DNA from: Ignavibacteriales bacterium
GTDB taxonomy: Bacteria; Bacteroidota; Ignavibacteria; Ignavibacteriales; Ignavibacteriaceae
Assembly (NCBI GenBank): GCA_016707585.1
Contig: JADJHL010000008.1
Location: 433,206 to 497,205, forward strand
Reading direction: 5' to 3'
Length of the DNA: 64,000 bases
Below the pieces are notes generated by a model. The model made no database searches. It worked only from the letters and a program-made list of their open reading frames with translations, and was not told the origin of the DNA. The position numbers and the translations under genes are program-made. This document shows, one piece after another, positions 47,457 through 56,243 of the stretch (positions are counted from its first letter, which is position 1; every line of letters begins with the position of its first letter).

Positions 47457-47472
47457 TTATTTAAGGGGCATT

Positions 47473-48840
47473 ATGCACAAATTAATTTTAGTTGGTTTGA
47501 TTTTTATTTGTAACCAAACCTTTGCTCAAAAATATATAGAATTATTCAAGCAGGATATTCCTGATAATATCAAATCTGATCGTGTGCTTAGTAATTCACT
47601 TGATATTAATCTTGAGAGAAATATAGCTCTAAATCCAGAGTTAATTTATTTCACTCTCAATTATTTTCAACAGTATGATGGAAGCAAATTTGATACAAAG
47701 TATTTTGAAATTCTTAAAATGAATGAAAGATTCTGGTTTTTAAGACGCAACGATTGGGCAAATACTACGATTGATAAAGTAAATGCAACTGAAGATCACG
47801 ATATAATCTTTAATACAGCGGTTCCTTTAAAGAGCTTAGTTGTTGATGTAAAGAAAATGGATAATGACAAGCTAACTGAACTGAGTGCTAGCGAAAAACA
47901 ATTAAGTGATTTTTATATTGTTAAATATTACAATAAGAATTCCGAGATGAAATTTGATAATAAAACAAATTATTCGCAGATAAGAAATCAAATTGAAGAG
48001 ACTAAGCAACATTATTTTAAAGAGGTAAAAGCAGATCCGAAATTGCTTTCCTCGCCATCAGAAATAGTGGACAATGTTATTGATAATTGGTATCTATTGT
48101 TGGACGATAAAGAATTGGAAGGATCAAACCTTTTGATAACTTGTTTAGATGATGTGCTTTTGGATAAGGGAAGAAAAAAATATTCAGTGTTTCTTGGTGG
48201 TGTATTTATTAATAATACATTAAACTTTGAGGAGAATTTAAGTTTTCCTGGAATCTCGCATACAGTTAAATTAAACAAAAGTGCTTCTTTACCACAGCTT
48301 ACTTTAGGGATTGGCTACAAACTATTTTTTGATAAAAAATCTTACTTCTTATCTTACATTGATATACAAGCATTTTATTCTATGGGGTACAAGAATGTAA
48401 ATGACAAATATCCAGTAGCTTATACAAATCGCGAAGTTACTTCAACTTATACTATTGATGAAACAGTTAGAAATTTTAATAACGATTACAAATTATCTTC
48501 ATTAAATAGTTATGGGATAAAATTAGCTGTGCCTTTATATGAATTAAATTTTCTAGTTATTGAAGCAGCTTTTAATTTTAGTATGAATAGTTATGTATTT
48601 AAACCGGATATGCATTTTACGTATTCAAAGTATAAAACAAATGTTGGCCCGCCGATTACTAGAGAAACACTCTCACTAGGTGCGCAAACTTTGCAAGAAG
48701 AAGAAATTAATAAATACTTTTCAATAATTCCTATGATTGATGCAAATCTAAAAATAGATAGTAGATTTGGTGTAAGAATTAGTGCTAGTTATAATTATGC
48801 AGCAATGAGCATTTTTTATAATACACCTTTGATTTATTAA
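47473..48840 (+). CDS. hypothetical secreted / outer-membrane protein
   Basis: Signal peptide (FAQ). The C-terminal half has an alternating beta-strand-like pattern ending in aromatic ...NTPLIY. No family recognised. Confidence 0.45.
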   Translation: MHKLILVGLIFICNQTFAQKYIELFKQDIPDNIKSDRVLSNSLDINLERNIALNPELIYFTLNYFQQYDGSKFDTKYFEILKMNERFWFLRRNDWANTTIDKVNATEDHDIIFNTAVPLKSLVVDVKKMDNDKLTELSASEKQLSDFYIVKYYNKNSEMKFDNKTNYSQIRNQIEETKQHYFKEVKADPKLLSSPSEIVDNVIDNWYLLLDDKELEGSNLLITCLDDVLLDKGRKKYSVFLGGVFINNTLNFEENLSFPGISHTVKLNKSASLPQLTLGIGYKLFFDKKSYFLSYIDIQAFYSMGYKNVNDKYPVAYTNREVTSTYTIDETVRNFNNDYKLSSLNSYGIKLAVPLYELNFLVIEAAFNFSMNSYVFKPDMHFTYSKYKTNVGPPITRETLSLGAQTLQEEEINKYFSIIPMIDANLKIDSRFGVRISASYNYAAMSIFYNTPLIY

Positions 48841-49009
48841 TCAATTGTTATCTTTTTTAATAAACGCAGTACTTGTGTATTGCGTTTAATTTTCCTCCCT
48901 TGAGAATTTTATAATCTTTCAAATCTTTTAATTTATTACATCTGCTTCTCATCCCAATTTTTTTTAAGTTTGATGTAGAAATTGAATTTACTTTTTACGG
49001 AGACTTAAA

Positions 49010-50230
49010 ATGATCAAAAAAATAATTCCTGCTGTTAGAACCGAAAACATTACTTATGCAGTTAGAGATATTGTTGTTCTTGCAAATCAAGTTGCAAAAA
49101 CTGGAAAAGAAATGTTGTACTTAAATATTGGTGATCCGAATCTATATGATTTTGTTCCGCCAAAACATCTTGTTGATGCAACGTATCAGGCAATGTTAAA
49201 AAACTTAAATGGTTATGCGCCTTCATCAGGAATCGGCGAAGCTGTAAAAGCAATTGAAGCTGAAGCAGAACGAAAAGGTATTACAAATGTTCACGATATT
49301 TTTGTTACAACAGGCGCAAGTGAAGCGATTGATATTTGTTTAACTGCACTTGTAAACGATGGTGAAAATGTTCTTACTCCAACTCCTGGTTATCCGCTTT
49401 ACACGGCAATCGCAAGCAAATTACAAATGATGGAAAATCCCTATTACCTTGATGAATCAAACGGATGGCTGCCGGATATTCAAGATATAAAAACAAAAAT
49501 AAATGATAAGACAAAAGCGATTGTGCTTATCAATCCAAACAATCCAACTGGTTCACTTTATACTCGAGAAAATTTGCAGCAGATTGTTGATTTAGCACTT
49601 GAGCACAATCTTGTAATCTTTGCTGATGAAATTTATGACAAGCTTCTGTTTGATGGAAAGAAACATATTTCAATTGCATCATTAAATAAAGATGTTTCCT
49701 GCATAACATTTGGTGGATTGTCTAAAAATTATATGGTGCCAGGATTTAGAATTGGCTGGGGAATCGTAAGCGGAAGAAAAGAAGTTTTATCTGATTTTAT
49801 AGAAGCTGTAAATAAAATTTTGCGCGCAAGATTATCCGCAAATCATCCTGAACAATATGGAATAAAACCTTCGCTCGAAGGTAACCACGATCATCTTACA
49901 GAAGGAATGAAAAAACTTACAATGCGCAGAGATTTAACGGTTGAAATGTTAAATGCAATACCAGGAATTTCCTGCGTAAAACCTGAAGGTGCATTTTATG
50001 CTTTCCCAAAATTAGAGATGAAACAACCCGATGCACATTTTGTTGGTGAATTGATTCGTGAAACCGGAGTTGTAATTGTTCCCGGTAGTGGATTTGGGCA
50101 GGTTCCGGGCACACATCATTTTAGAGTTGTGTTTTTACCTAACGAACAAATTCTGGAAAAAGCTTATAAAGCTATTGGAGAGTTTTTTGTTAAGTATCTG
50201 GAAAAGTATCCTGATTTGGTGGAAGCTTAA
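49010..50230 (+). CDS. class I/II PLP-dependent aminotransferase (alanine/aspartate aminotransferase type)
   Basis: 406 aa with NPNNPTG and the PLP-lysine context GGLSKNYMVPGFRIGW. Confidence 0.85.
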   Translation: MIKKIIPAVRTENITYAVRDIVVLANQVAKTGKEMLYLNIGDPNLYDFVPPKHLVDATYQAMLKNLNGYAPSSGIGEAVKAIEAEAERKGITNVHDIFVTTGASEAIDICLTALVNDGENVLTPTPGYPLYTAIASKLQMMENPYYLDESNGWLPDIQDIKTKINDKTKAIVLINPNNPTGSLYTRENLQQIVDLALEHNLVIFADEIYDKLLFDGKKHISIASLNKDVSCITFGGLSKNYMVPGFRIGWGIVSGRKEVLSDFIEAVNKILRARLSANHPEQYGIKPSLEGNHDHLTEGMKKLTMRRDLTVEMLNAIPGISCVKPEGAFYAFPKLEMKQPDAHFVGELIRETGVVIVPGSGFGQVPGTHHFRVVFLPNEQILEKAYKAIGEFFVKYLEKYPDLVEA

Positions 50231-50241
50231 ATTTTGTATAT

Positions 50242-51267
50242 ATGATTAAAAAAAACTCACCACAATCAAACGATATTATCTTTTACTCATCACCAAAAGG
50301 TGATGTAAGAGTCGAAGTATTTTTTCAGGATGAAACATTCTGGCTTAGTCAAAAAAGAATGGCTGAGTTGTTTGGAGTTGATGTACGAACAGTTAACGAA
50401 CATTTACAGAATATATACAAAACCAATGAACTTGTAATTGCGGCAACTATCCGGAATTTCCGGATAGTTCAAACTGAGGGGACTAGGGAAGTTTCGCGTG
50501 AAGTTGATTTTTACAATCTTGATGCAATCATTGCTGTTGGATACCGTGTAAATAGCTATCAGGCAACTCAATTCCGAATTTGGGCGACAAAAACTTTAAG
50601 AGAGTATATCATAAAAGGTTTTGTATTAGATGATGAACGCTTGAAGCAAGGCAAACGTTTTGGCAAAGACTATTTTGATGAATTACTTGAACGCATCCGT
50701 GAGATTCGTGCCAGTGAAAGAAGGTTTTATCTAAAGATTACTGACATTTATGAACAATGCAGCATTGACTATGAAAAAGAAGCAGAAATAACCAGGACAT
50801 TTTTTAAAGCTGTCCAAAATAAATTACATTGGGCAACCACAGGTAAAACTGCCGCACAAATTATTTCAGAACGGGCAAATTCTACAAACCCTAACATGGG
50901 TTTGCAGACATGGAAGAATTCACCCAAAGGTAAAATTCTAAAGTCGGATGTAGTTGTAGCTAAAAATTATCTGATTGAAAAAGAAATAAAAGAATTAGAA
51001 AGAGTTGTAACTATGTATTTGGACTATGCCGAAAATCAAGCGGCAAGACAAATCCCAATGAAAATGAAAGACTGGATTTCTAAACTTGATGCTTTCTTAA
51101 AGTTTAATGAATATGATATTTTAAAAGGCGGTGGAAAAGTTAAACACGTAGTGGCTAAAAAACTGGCTGAGGATGAATACGAAAAGTATCGTATAGTTCA
51201 GGATAAAACTTTTGAAAGTGATTTTGAAAGAGAAGTAAAAAAGTTTTCGGATAAGGAAAAGAAATAG
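50242..51267 (+). CDS. rhuM: RhuM-family protein
   Basis: The N-terminus IIFYSSPKGDVRVEVFFQDETFWLSQKRMAELFGVDVRTVNEHLQNIY and the following region are typical of the Virulence_RhuM family. 341 aa. Confidence 0.8.
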   Translation: MIKKNSPQSNDIIFYSSPKGDVRVEVFFQDETFWLSQKRMAELFGVDVRTVNEHLQNIYKTNELVIAATIRNFRIVQTEGTREVSREVDFYNLDAIIAVGYRVNSYQATQFRIWATKTLREYIIKGFVLDDERLKQGKRFGKDYFDELLERIREIRASERRFYLKITDIYEQCSIDYEKEAEITRTFFKAVQNKLHWATTGKTAAQIISERANSTNPNMGLQTWKNSPKGKILKSDVVVAKNYLIEKEIKELERVVTMYLDYAENQAARQIPMKMKDWISKLDAFLKFNEYDILKGGGKVKHVVAKKLAEDEYEKYRIVQDKTFESDFEREVKKFSDKEKK

Positions 51268-51280
51268 TGATTTATTTGAA

Positions 51281-51339
51281 TTAGTGGTGAGTTTTTTGTT
51301 AAGTACCAGGAAAAATTTGCTGATTTGGTTGAAGTATAA
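51281..51339 (+). pseudogene. orphan duplicate of the last ~18 codons of the aminotransferase gene
   Basis: 51286-51339 (GEFFVKYQEKFADLVEV*) aligns with 50177-50230 (GEFFVKYLEKYPDLVEA*) at 45 of 54 nt by my count. Confidence 0.6.
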
Positions 51340-51513
51340 TTTTCAGAAAATGGCACACTGATTTTTATGATTTAATAAGATTAAGTAAGATCCTAAATAT
51401 TCTTAATGATCAGTGTACTATTGTTTTATTTTCCTCTTTTCCCTTTCTTGATTGGCTAAACCTCTTTATCTATATTTGAACCTCATTTAATTCATTATTA
51501 ATAGATTGAAATT

Positions 51514-52764
51514 GTGGATAATTGTAAAGTAACGACGCTTTCTAACGGTGTAAAAATTGTATCGGAGTTTATTCCTTATCTTAAGTCTTTTTCGTTAGGA
51601 TTTTGGTTTAATATTGGTGCGCGTGATGAGAATTTGAAGAATAATGGAATCTCACATTTCATCGAACATATGCTTTTTAAAGGAACAAAATCCCGCTCAG
51701 CAAAACAAATTTCTGATGAAATAGAATCTTACGGCGGCTACTTAAACGCCTTCACTTCTAAAGAGCACACTTGTTATTACGGTAGAGGTTTATCAGACAA
51801 TTTCAAAAAAACGTTTGTTGTTCTTTCAGATATGATCCAGAATCCTTTATTCAAAGATTCACATATCAAAAAAGAAGCAGGTGTTGTGATAGATGAATTA
51901 AAAGATATTGATGATAATCCGGAAGAATTAATATTTGATAAGTTTGAAGAATCAGTTTTTAGTGGCCACACTTTAAGTTATCCGATTATCGGAACTGAAA
52001 AAAATATTTTATCGTACAACTCAAGTACACTTCATCAGTTTCATAAAGCAACTTATCGATTAGATAATTTAATGATTGCGGTTTCTGGTGCAATCCCTCA
52101 CGAAGAAGCCGTAGCACTTGCGGAAAAATATTTTACTTCAAAAAAAACAACATCGAACCAAAAAAGAAAAAACTTTGTTAAGCAAACAGTTAGTAATGAA
52201 ATAATTGAAAAAGAAATCCAGCAGGTTCATTCAATTATTGGAAGAACAACATATGGATTTAATGATTTGCGAAGACACAAATTAAAAGTTCTTTCAACTT
52301 TACTTGGTGATGGTAGTTCTTCAAGATTATTTCAGGAAGTTAGAGAAAAACTTGGGATGACTTATCAGATCAATACTTTCTTAAATTCTTATGAAGATGT
52401 TTCGGTTTTTGGCGTTTATTTTTCAACTAATGAAAAACAAACTGATAAAGTGAATGAGATTGTTAATCGCGAGTTTAACAAGCTTAGAACGACTGAAATA
52501 AAATCCAAAGAACTTAACAGAGTTAAAGAGTACATAAAAGGCAACACGTTAATGAGCCTTGAAAACACGACTAACAGAATGATAAGACTTGCTAATTCAA
52601 TTTATCATTATGGCAAAGTTGTTCCGATTGAAGATATATTAAATAAAATTGATGCAGTTACAGTTGAAGATGTTTTAAAACTTTCTAAAGAAGTTTTAAA
52701 TGAATCAACACTTAGTAAAATTGTAATTTGTTCAAAAGATAATTCAATAAAAAAAGCAGCTTAA
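51514..52764 (+). CDS. M16-family (pitrilysin/insulinase-like) zinc peptidase
   Basis: HFIEHMLFKGT (HxxEH), 416 aa, GTG start. Confidence 0.8.
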   Translation: MDNCKVTTLSNGVKIVSEFIPYLKSFSLGFWFNIGARDENLKNNGISHFIEHMLFKGTKSRSAKQISDEIESYGGYLNAFTSKEHTCYYGRGLSDNFKKTFVVLSDMIQNPLFKDSHIKKEAGVVIDELKDIDDNPEELIFDKFEESVFSGHTLSYPIIGTEKNILSYNSSTLHQFHKATYRLDNLMIAVSGAIPHEEAVALAEKYFTSKKTTSNQKRKNFVKQTVSNEIIEKEIQQVHSIIGRTTYGFNDLRRHKLKVLSTLLGDGSSSRLFQEVREKLGMTYQINTFLNSYEDVSVFGVYFSTNEKQTDKVNEIVNREFNKLRTTEIKSKELNRVKEYIKGNTLMSLENTTNRMIRLANSIYHYGKVVPIEDILNKIDAVTVEDVLKLSKEVLNESTLSKIVICSKDNSIKKAA

Positions 52765-52797
52765 CTTAAAATAGTAAGCAAATATTCAGAGTAGATT

Positions 52798-54483
52798 ATG
52801 CCTAAAATCATTGTTGATGGAAAAGAATTAGAATTCAAACAAGGCCAAACGATTATCGAAGCCGCAAAAGATCATGGAATTGATGTTCCACATTTTTGCT
52901 GGCATCCTAAACTTTCCGTTTCAGGTAATTGCCGAGTTTGTTTGGTAGAAGTTGAAAAAATGCCAAAGCTTGTTATAGCTTGTTCAACTGTTGCCGCAGA
53001 AGGAATGGTTGTTCATACCGCATCTGATAAAGCACTTGCTGCTCGCAATGCTGTTATGGAATTTATTCTTATCAATCATCCACTTGATTGCCCGATTTGT
53101 GATGAAGCTGGTGAATGTAAATTGCAGGATTATGCTTATCAACATAGTAATGGCGAAAGCAGATTTGTTGAGACAAAAAATCATAAAGATAAAAGAGTTG
53201 AGCTTGGCCCAAATGTAATGTTTGATGGTGAACGATGTATTTCCTGTTCACGTTGTATAAGATTTTGTGATGAGATAGCAAAAGATCCTGAACTAACATT
53301 TGTTCAAAGAGGAGATAGAGTTACAATCACAACCTTTCCCGGGCAACAACTTGATAATCCATACTCAATGAATGTAGTTGATATTTGTCCTGTTGGTGCA
53401 TTAACAAATCGTGATTTTAGATTTAAATCTCGCGTTTGGGAAATGTCTCATACAAATTCTATTTGCAATGGTTGCGCTCGTGGTTGTAATATCGAACTTT
53501 GGGTTAGAAATAACGAAGTATTAAGATTAGTTCCAAAATTTAATGAAGATGTGAACAGTTATTGGATGTGTGATCACGGAAGACTTAATACATTTAAATT
53601 TATCAATGCTGAAGATCGTGTCGATGGACCTCATATCAGAGTTGAAGGCAATTTAATTAAAGTCGGATGGGATGAAGCCTTCGCAAAAGCAGCATCAAAC
53701 TTAAAGGCATTTGGTAAGGATGAAGTTGCTGTACTTGGTTCTGCTTATGCAACAGTTGAAGATAATTTTGTTGCTGTTAAGTTTGCAAAATCTGTTTTAG
53801 GAACAGGACATTTAGATTTTGTTCATCACATCGATCCATCTTTTGGAGATGATATTTTAAAAAATGAAGATGTAACTCCAAATTCAAAAGGTGCAGAATT
53901 AGCAGGAGTAATTCCATCTAAAAACGGATCAGACTTTAATGGAATTATTAAATCAATCCGCGAAGGAAAAATTAAAGCACTTTATGTTTTAGAAGATGAT
54001 ATTTTAAATGATAATCCCGAATTAGAAACTGTTCTATCAAAACTTGATTTACTAATTATAAATTCAACTAACTCTAACAAAACTACTGTTCTTGCTGATA
54101 TCGTTTTTCCCTCAGCAACATATGCAGAAAAGAATGGAACTTTTGTAAACTTTACTGGAAGAGTTCAAAGAATTAGTCCAGCCATCGCAACCAATGATGT
54201 TGATCGCGCTTTAGAAGGAATGGCAATGAGTCGCTGGGATAAGTTTGGAACTAAGTTTGATCGCTGGGCACAAGGTAAACATTATGATGCAAGATCAAGC
54301 TGGAAAATTTTAGTTGGATTAGCATCAGCACTCGGACATAAATTAAAATACAATATGGCTGAAGAAGTTTTTCTTGATGTTGCAAACTCAGTTGATGCTT
54401 TTAAAGGTTTGGATTACGATGTTATCGGTGAGCTTGGCACACAATTGAAAAATGTAAATTCTAAATCTACCGTTAAAATTTAG
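52798..54483 (+). CDS. nuoG: NADH-quinone oxidoreductase subunit G (short form)
   Basis: N-terminal 2Fe-2S ferredoxin fold (CWHPKLSVSGNCRVCLVEV), a HPLDCPICDEAGEC cluster, CISCSRCIRFC, and a molybdopterin-oxidoreductase-like region. 561 aa. Confidence 0.85.
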   Translation: MPKIIVDGKELEFKQGQTIIEAAKDHGIDVPHFCWHPKLSVSGNCRVCLVEVEKMPKLVIACSTVAAEGMVVHTASDKALAARNAVMEFILINHPLDCPICDEAGECKLQDYAYQHSNGESRFVETKNHKDKRVELGPNVMFDGERCISCSRCIRFCDEIAKDPELTFVQRGDRVTITTFPGQQLDNPYSMNVVDICPVGALTNRDFRFKSRVWEMSHTNSICNGCARGCNIELWVRNNEVLRLVPKFNEDVNSYWMCDHGRLNTFKFINAEDRVDGPHIRVEGNLIKVGWDEAFAKAASNLKAFGKDEVAVLGSAYATVEDNFVAVKFAKSVLGTGHLDFVHHIDPSFGDDILKNEDVTPNSKGAELAGVIPSKNGSDFNGIIKSIREGKIKALYVLEDDILNDNPELETVLSKLDLLIINSTNSNKTTVLADIVFPSATYAEKNGTFVNFTGRVQRISPAIATNDVDRALEGMAMSRWDKFGTKFDRWAQGKHYDARSSWKILVGLASALGHKLKYNMAEEVFLDVANSVDAFKGLDYDVIGELGTQLKNVNSKSTVKI

Positions 54484-54504
54484 GTTATAAGGAATTAATA
54501 CTTA

Positions 54505-55578
54505 ATGGAAGCAATTGGAAATATTTTGTGGTCAATCATTAGCTTTTACAATTTTTTATTAATCAGAATTGTAATCGTACTTGTAATGATGTTATTGACT
54601 GCCGCTTATCTTGTTTACTTTGAAAGAAAAATAAGTGCCTGGGCACAAAATCGATTAGGACCAAACAGAGTTGGTTGGTACGGATTGCTTCAATCTTTTG
54701 CAGATGTTTTTAAACTTTTATTTAAAGAAGATATTGTTCCAGATGTAGCAAATAAAAAGATTCATGCTCTTGCCCCAATGATTGCTTTATTTGTTGCATT
54801 TACAACTTATGCTGTAATTCCAATTGGGCCAGGGGTTACAATTGCCGGATATGAAATCCCAATGGTTATTGCTGATGTTAACATTGGAATTTTATACGTA
54901 CTTGCTTTAACATCATTAGGCGTGTACGGTATTACGTTTGCAGGTTGGTCTTCCGGAAGTAAATATTCTCTTCTTGGTGGAATTCGTTCATCTGCACAAA
55001 TGATTTCTTACGAAATCTCCATGGGATTTTCGGTTGGCGGTGTTATTCTTTTATCAGAATCTTTAAGACCAATTGCAATTGTAGAATCGCAAGGTGGATA
55101 TTTTTTAGGATTTATTCCTTTTTGGAATGCGCTCATTCAACCAATTGGATTTATAACATTTCTCGTATCCGCATTTGCAGAAACGAACAGGTTGCCATTC
55201 GATTTACCAGAAGCAGAGCCGGAACTTGTCGGTGGTTATCACACAGAATATAGCTCGATGAAGTTTGCAGCATTCTTCTTAGCAGAGTATGCAAATATGT
55301 TAATAGCAAGTACATTAATTGTAACTTTGTATCTTGGTGGCTGGCAAATTCCATATATTGAAACTTTAGGGCTGTCATCAGGCTTGGTAATAGCATTACA
55401 GGTTTTAGGATTTTTTATAAAAGTTGGAGCATTGTTATTTTTCTTTATCTGGGTAAGATGGAGCATTCCAAGATTTCGTTACGATCAATTAATGAATCTT
55501 GGTTGGAAAGTAATGTTTCCACTATCGTTGCTCAATATTATTTGGGTAGCAATTTTAATAATGATTTTTAAACTATAA
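54505..55578 (+). CDS. nuoH: NADH-quinone oxidoreductase subunit H
   Basis: Polytopic, with ERKISAWAQNRLGPNRVG and AETNRLPFDLPEAEPELVGGYHTEYS signatures. Confidence 0.9.
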   Translation: MEAIGNILWSIISFYNFLLIRIVIVLVMMLLTAAYLVYFERKISAWAQNRLGPNRVGWYGLLQSFADVFKLLFKEDIVPDVANKKIHALAPMIALFVAFTTYAVIPIGPGVTIAGYEIPMVIADVNIGILYVLALTSLGVYGITFAGWSSGSKYSLLGGIRSSAQMISYEISMGFSVGGVILLSESLRPIAIVESQGGYFLGFIPFWNALIQPIGFITFLVSAFAETNRLPFDLPEAEPELVGGYHTEYSSMKFAAFFLAEYANMLIASTLIVTLYLGGWQIPYIETLGLSSGLVIALQVLGFFIKVGALLFFFIWVRWSIPRFRYDQLMNLGWKVMFPLSLLNIIWVAILIMIFKL

Positions 55579-55628
55579 TTTTTAATCATCAAACGTTGAT
55601 TGAATGATAAATTATAATCGGAGTTTTA

Positions 55629-56138
55629 ATGACAGATAATAAAATACCACCAAAAAAGAGAATCAAAGATTTAACTCTTGGTGAAAAAATCTACATTCCG
55701 GAAATTGGTAAAGGATTATGGTTAACTCTTAAGACCATGTTCAAACCAAAATTTACAATGCAATATCCTGAAGAAAGATTTGATCCATCAGGTTCATATC
55801 GTGGCAGACCTGTACTTGTTCAGGAAAATAATGGTGAAGAACGTTGCGTTGCTTGTGGATTGTGTTCACGCGTTTGTCCTGCACTTGCAATTGAAGTTCA
55901 AGCTGCTGAAACTGAAAGAGAAAAAGAAAGATATCCTGAAAAATTTGAGATAAATATGTTGCGTTGCATCTTCTGCGGATTCTGCGAAGAGGTTTGTCCT
56001 GAAGAAGCAATCGTTATGAGCAAAGATTACGAGTTAACTTTTACAAACAGAGAAGATGCAATTTATGGTAAGGATAAACTTTTAACTCCTGTAGCTAATT
56101 TACAGGATAGAATTGATTTCTTAAGAAATTATAGATAA
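55629..56138 (+). CDS. nuoI: NADH-quinone oxidoreductase subunit I
   Basis: Two 4Fe-4S motifs, CVACGLCSRVCP and CIFCGFCEEVCP. Confidence 0.9.
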   Translation: MTDNKIPPKKRIKDLTLGEKIYIPEIGKGLWLTLKTMFKPKFTMQYPEERFDPSGSYRGRPVLVQENNGEERCVACGLCSRVCPALAIEVQAAETEREKERYPEKFEINMLRCIFCGFCEEVCPEEAIVMSKDYELTFTNREDAIYGKDKLLTPVANLQDRIDFLRNYR

Positions 56139-56243
56139 AGTTTATCTGTTCGGTTTTTATTTTGTTAGTTAATTGTGATTTATCTTGGGGTGAATCATCT
56201 CGCCTCAATTTTCTCAATCTATATTAAAAATATTGGATTAATT

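Noticed and set aside
50231-51513. A full integrative element or prophage around rhuM
   Set aside because: No integrase, recombinase, transposase or tRNA attachment site lies within or next to the insertion. Only a single cargo gene and the duplicated gene end are present.
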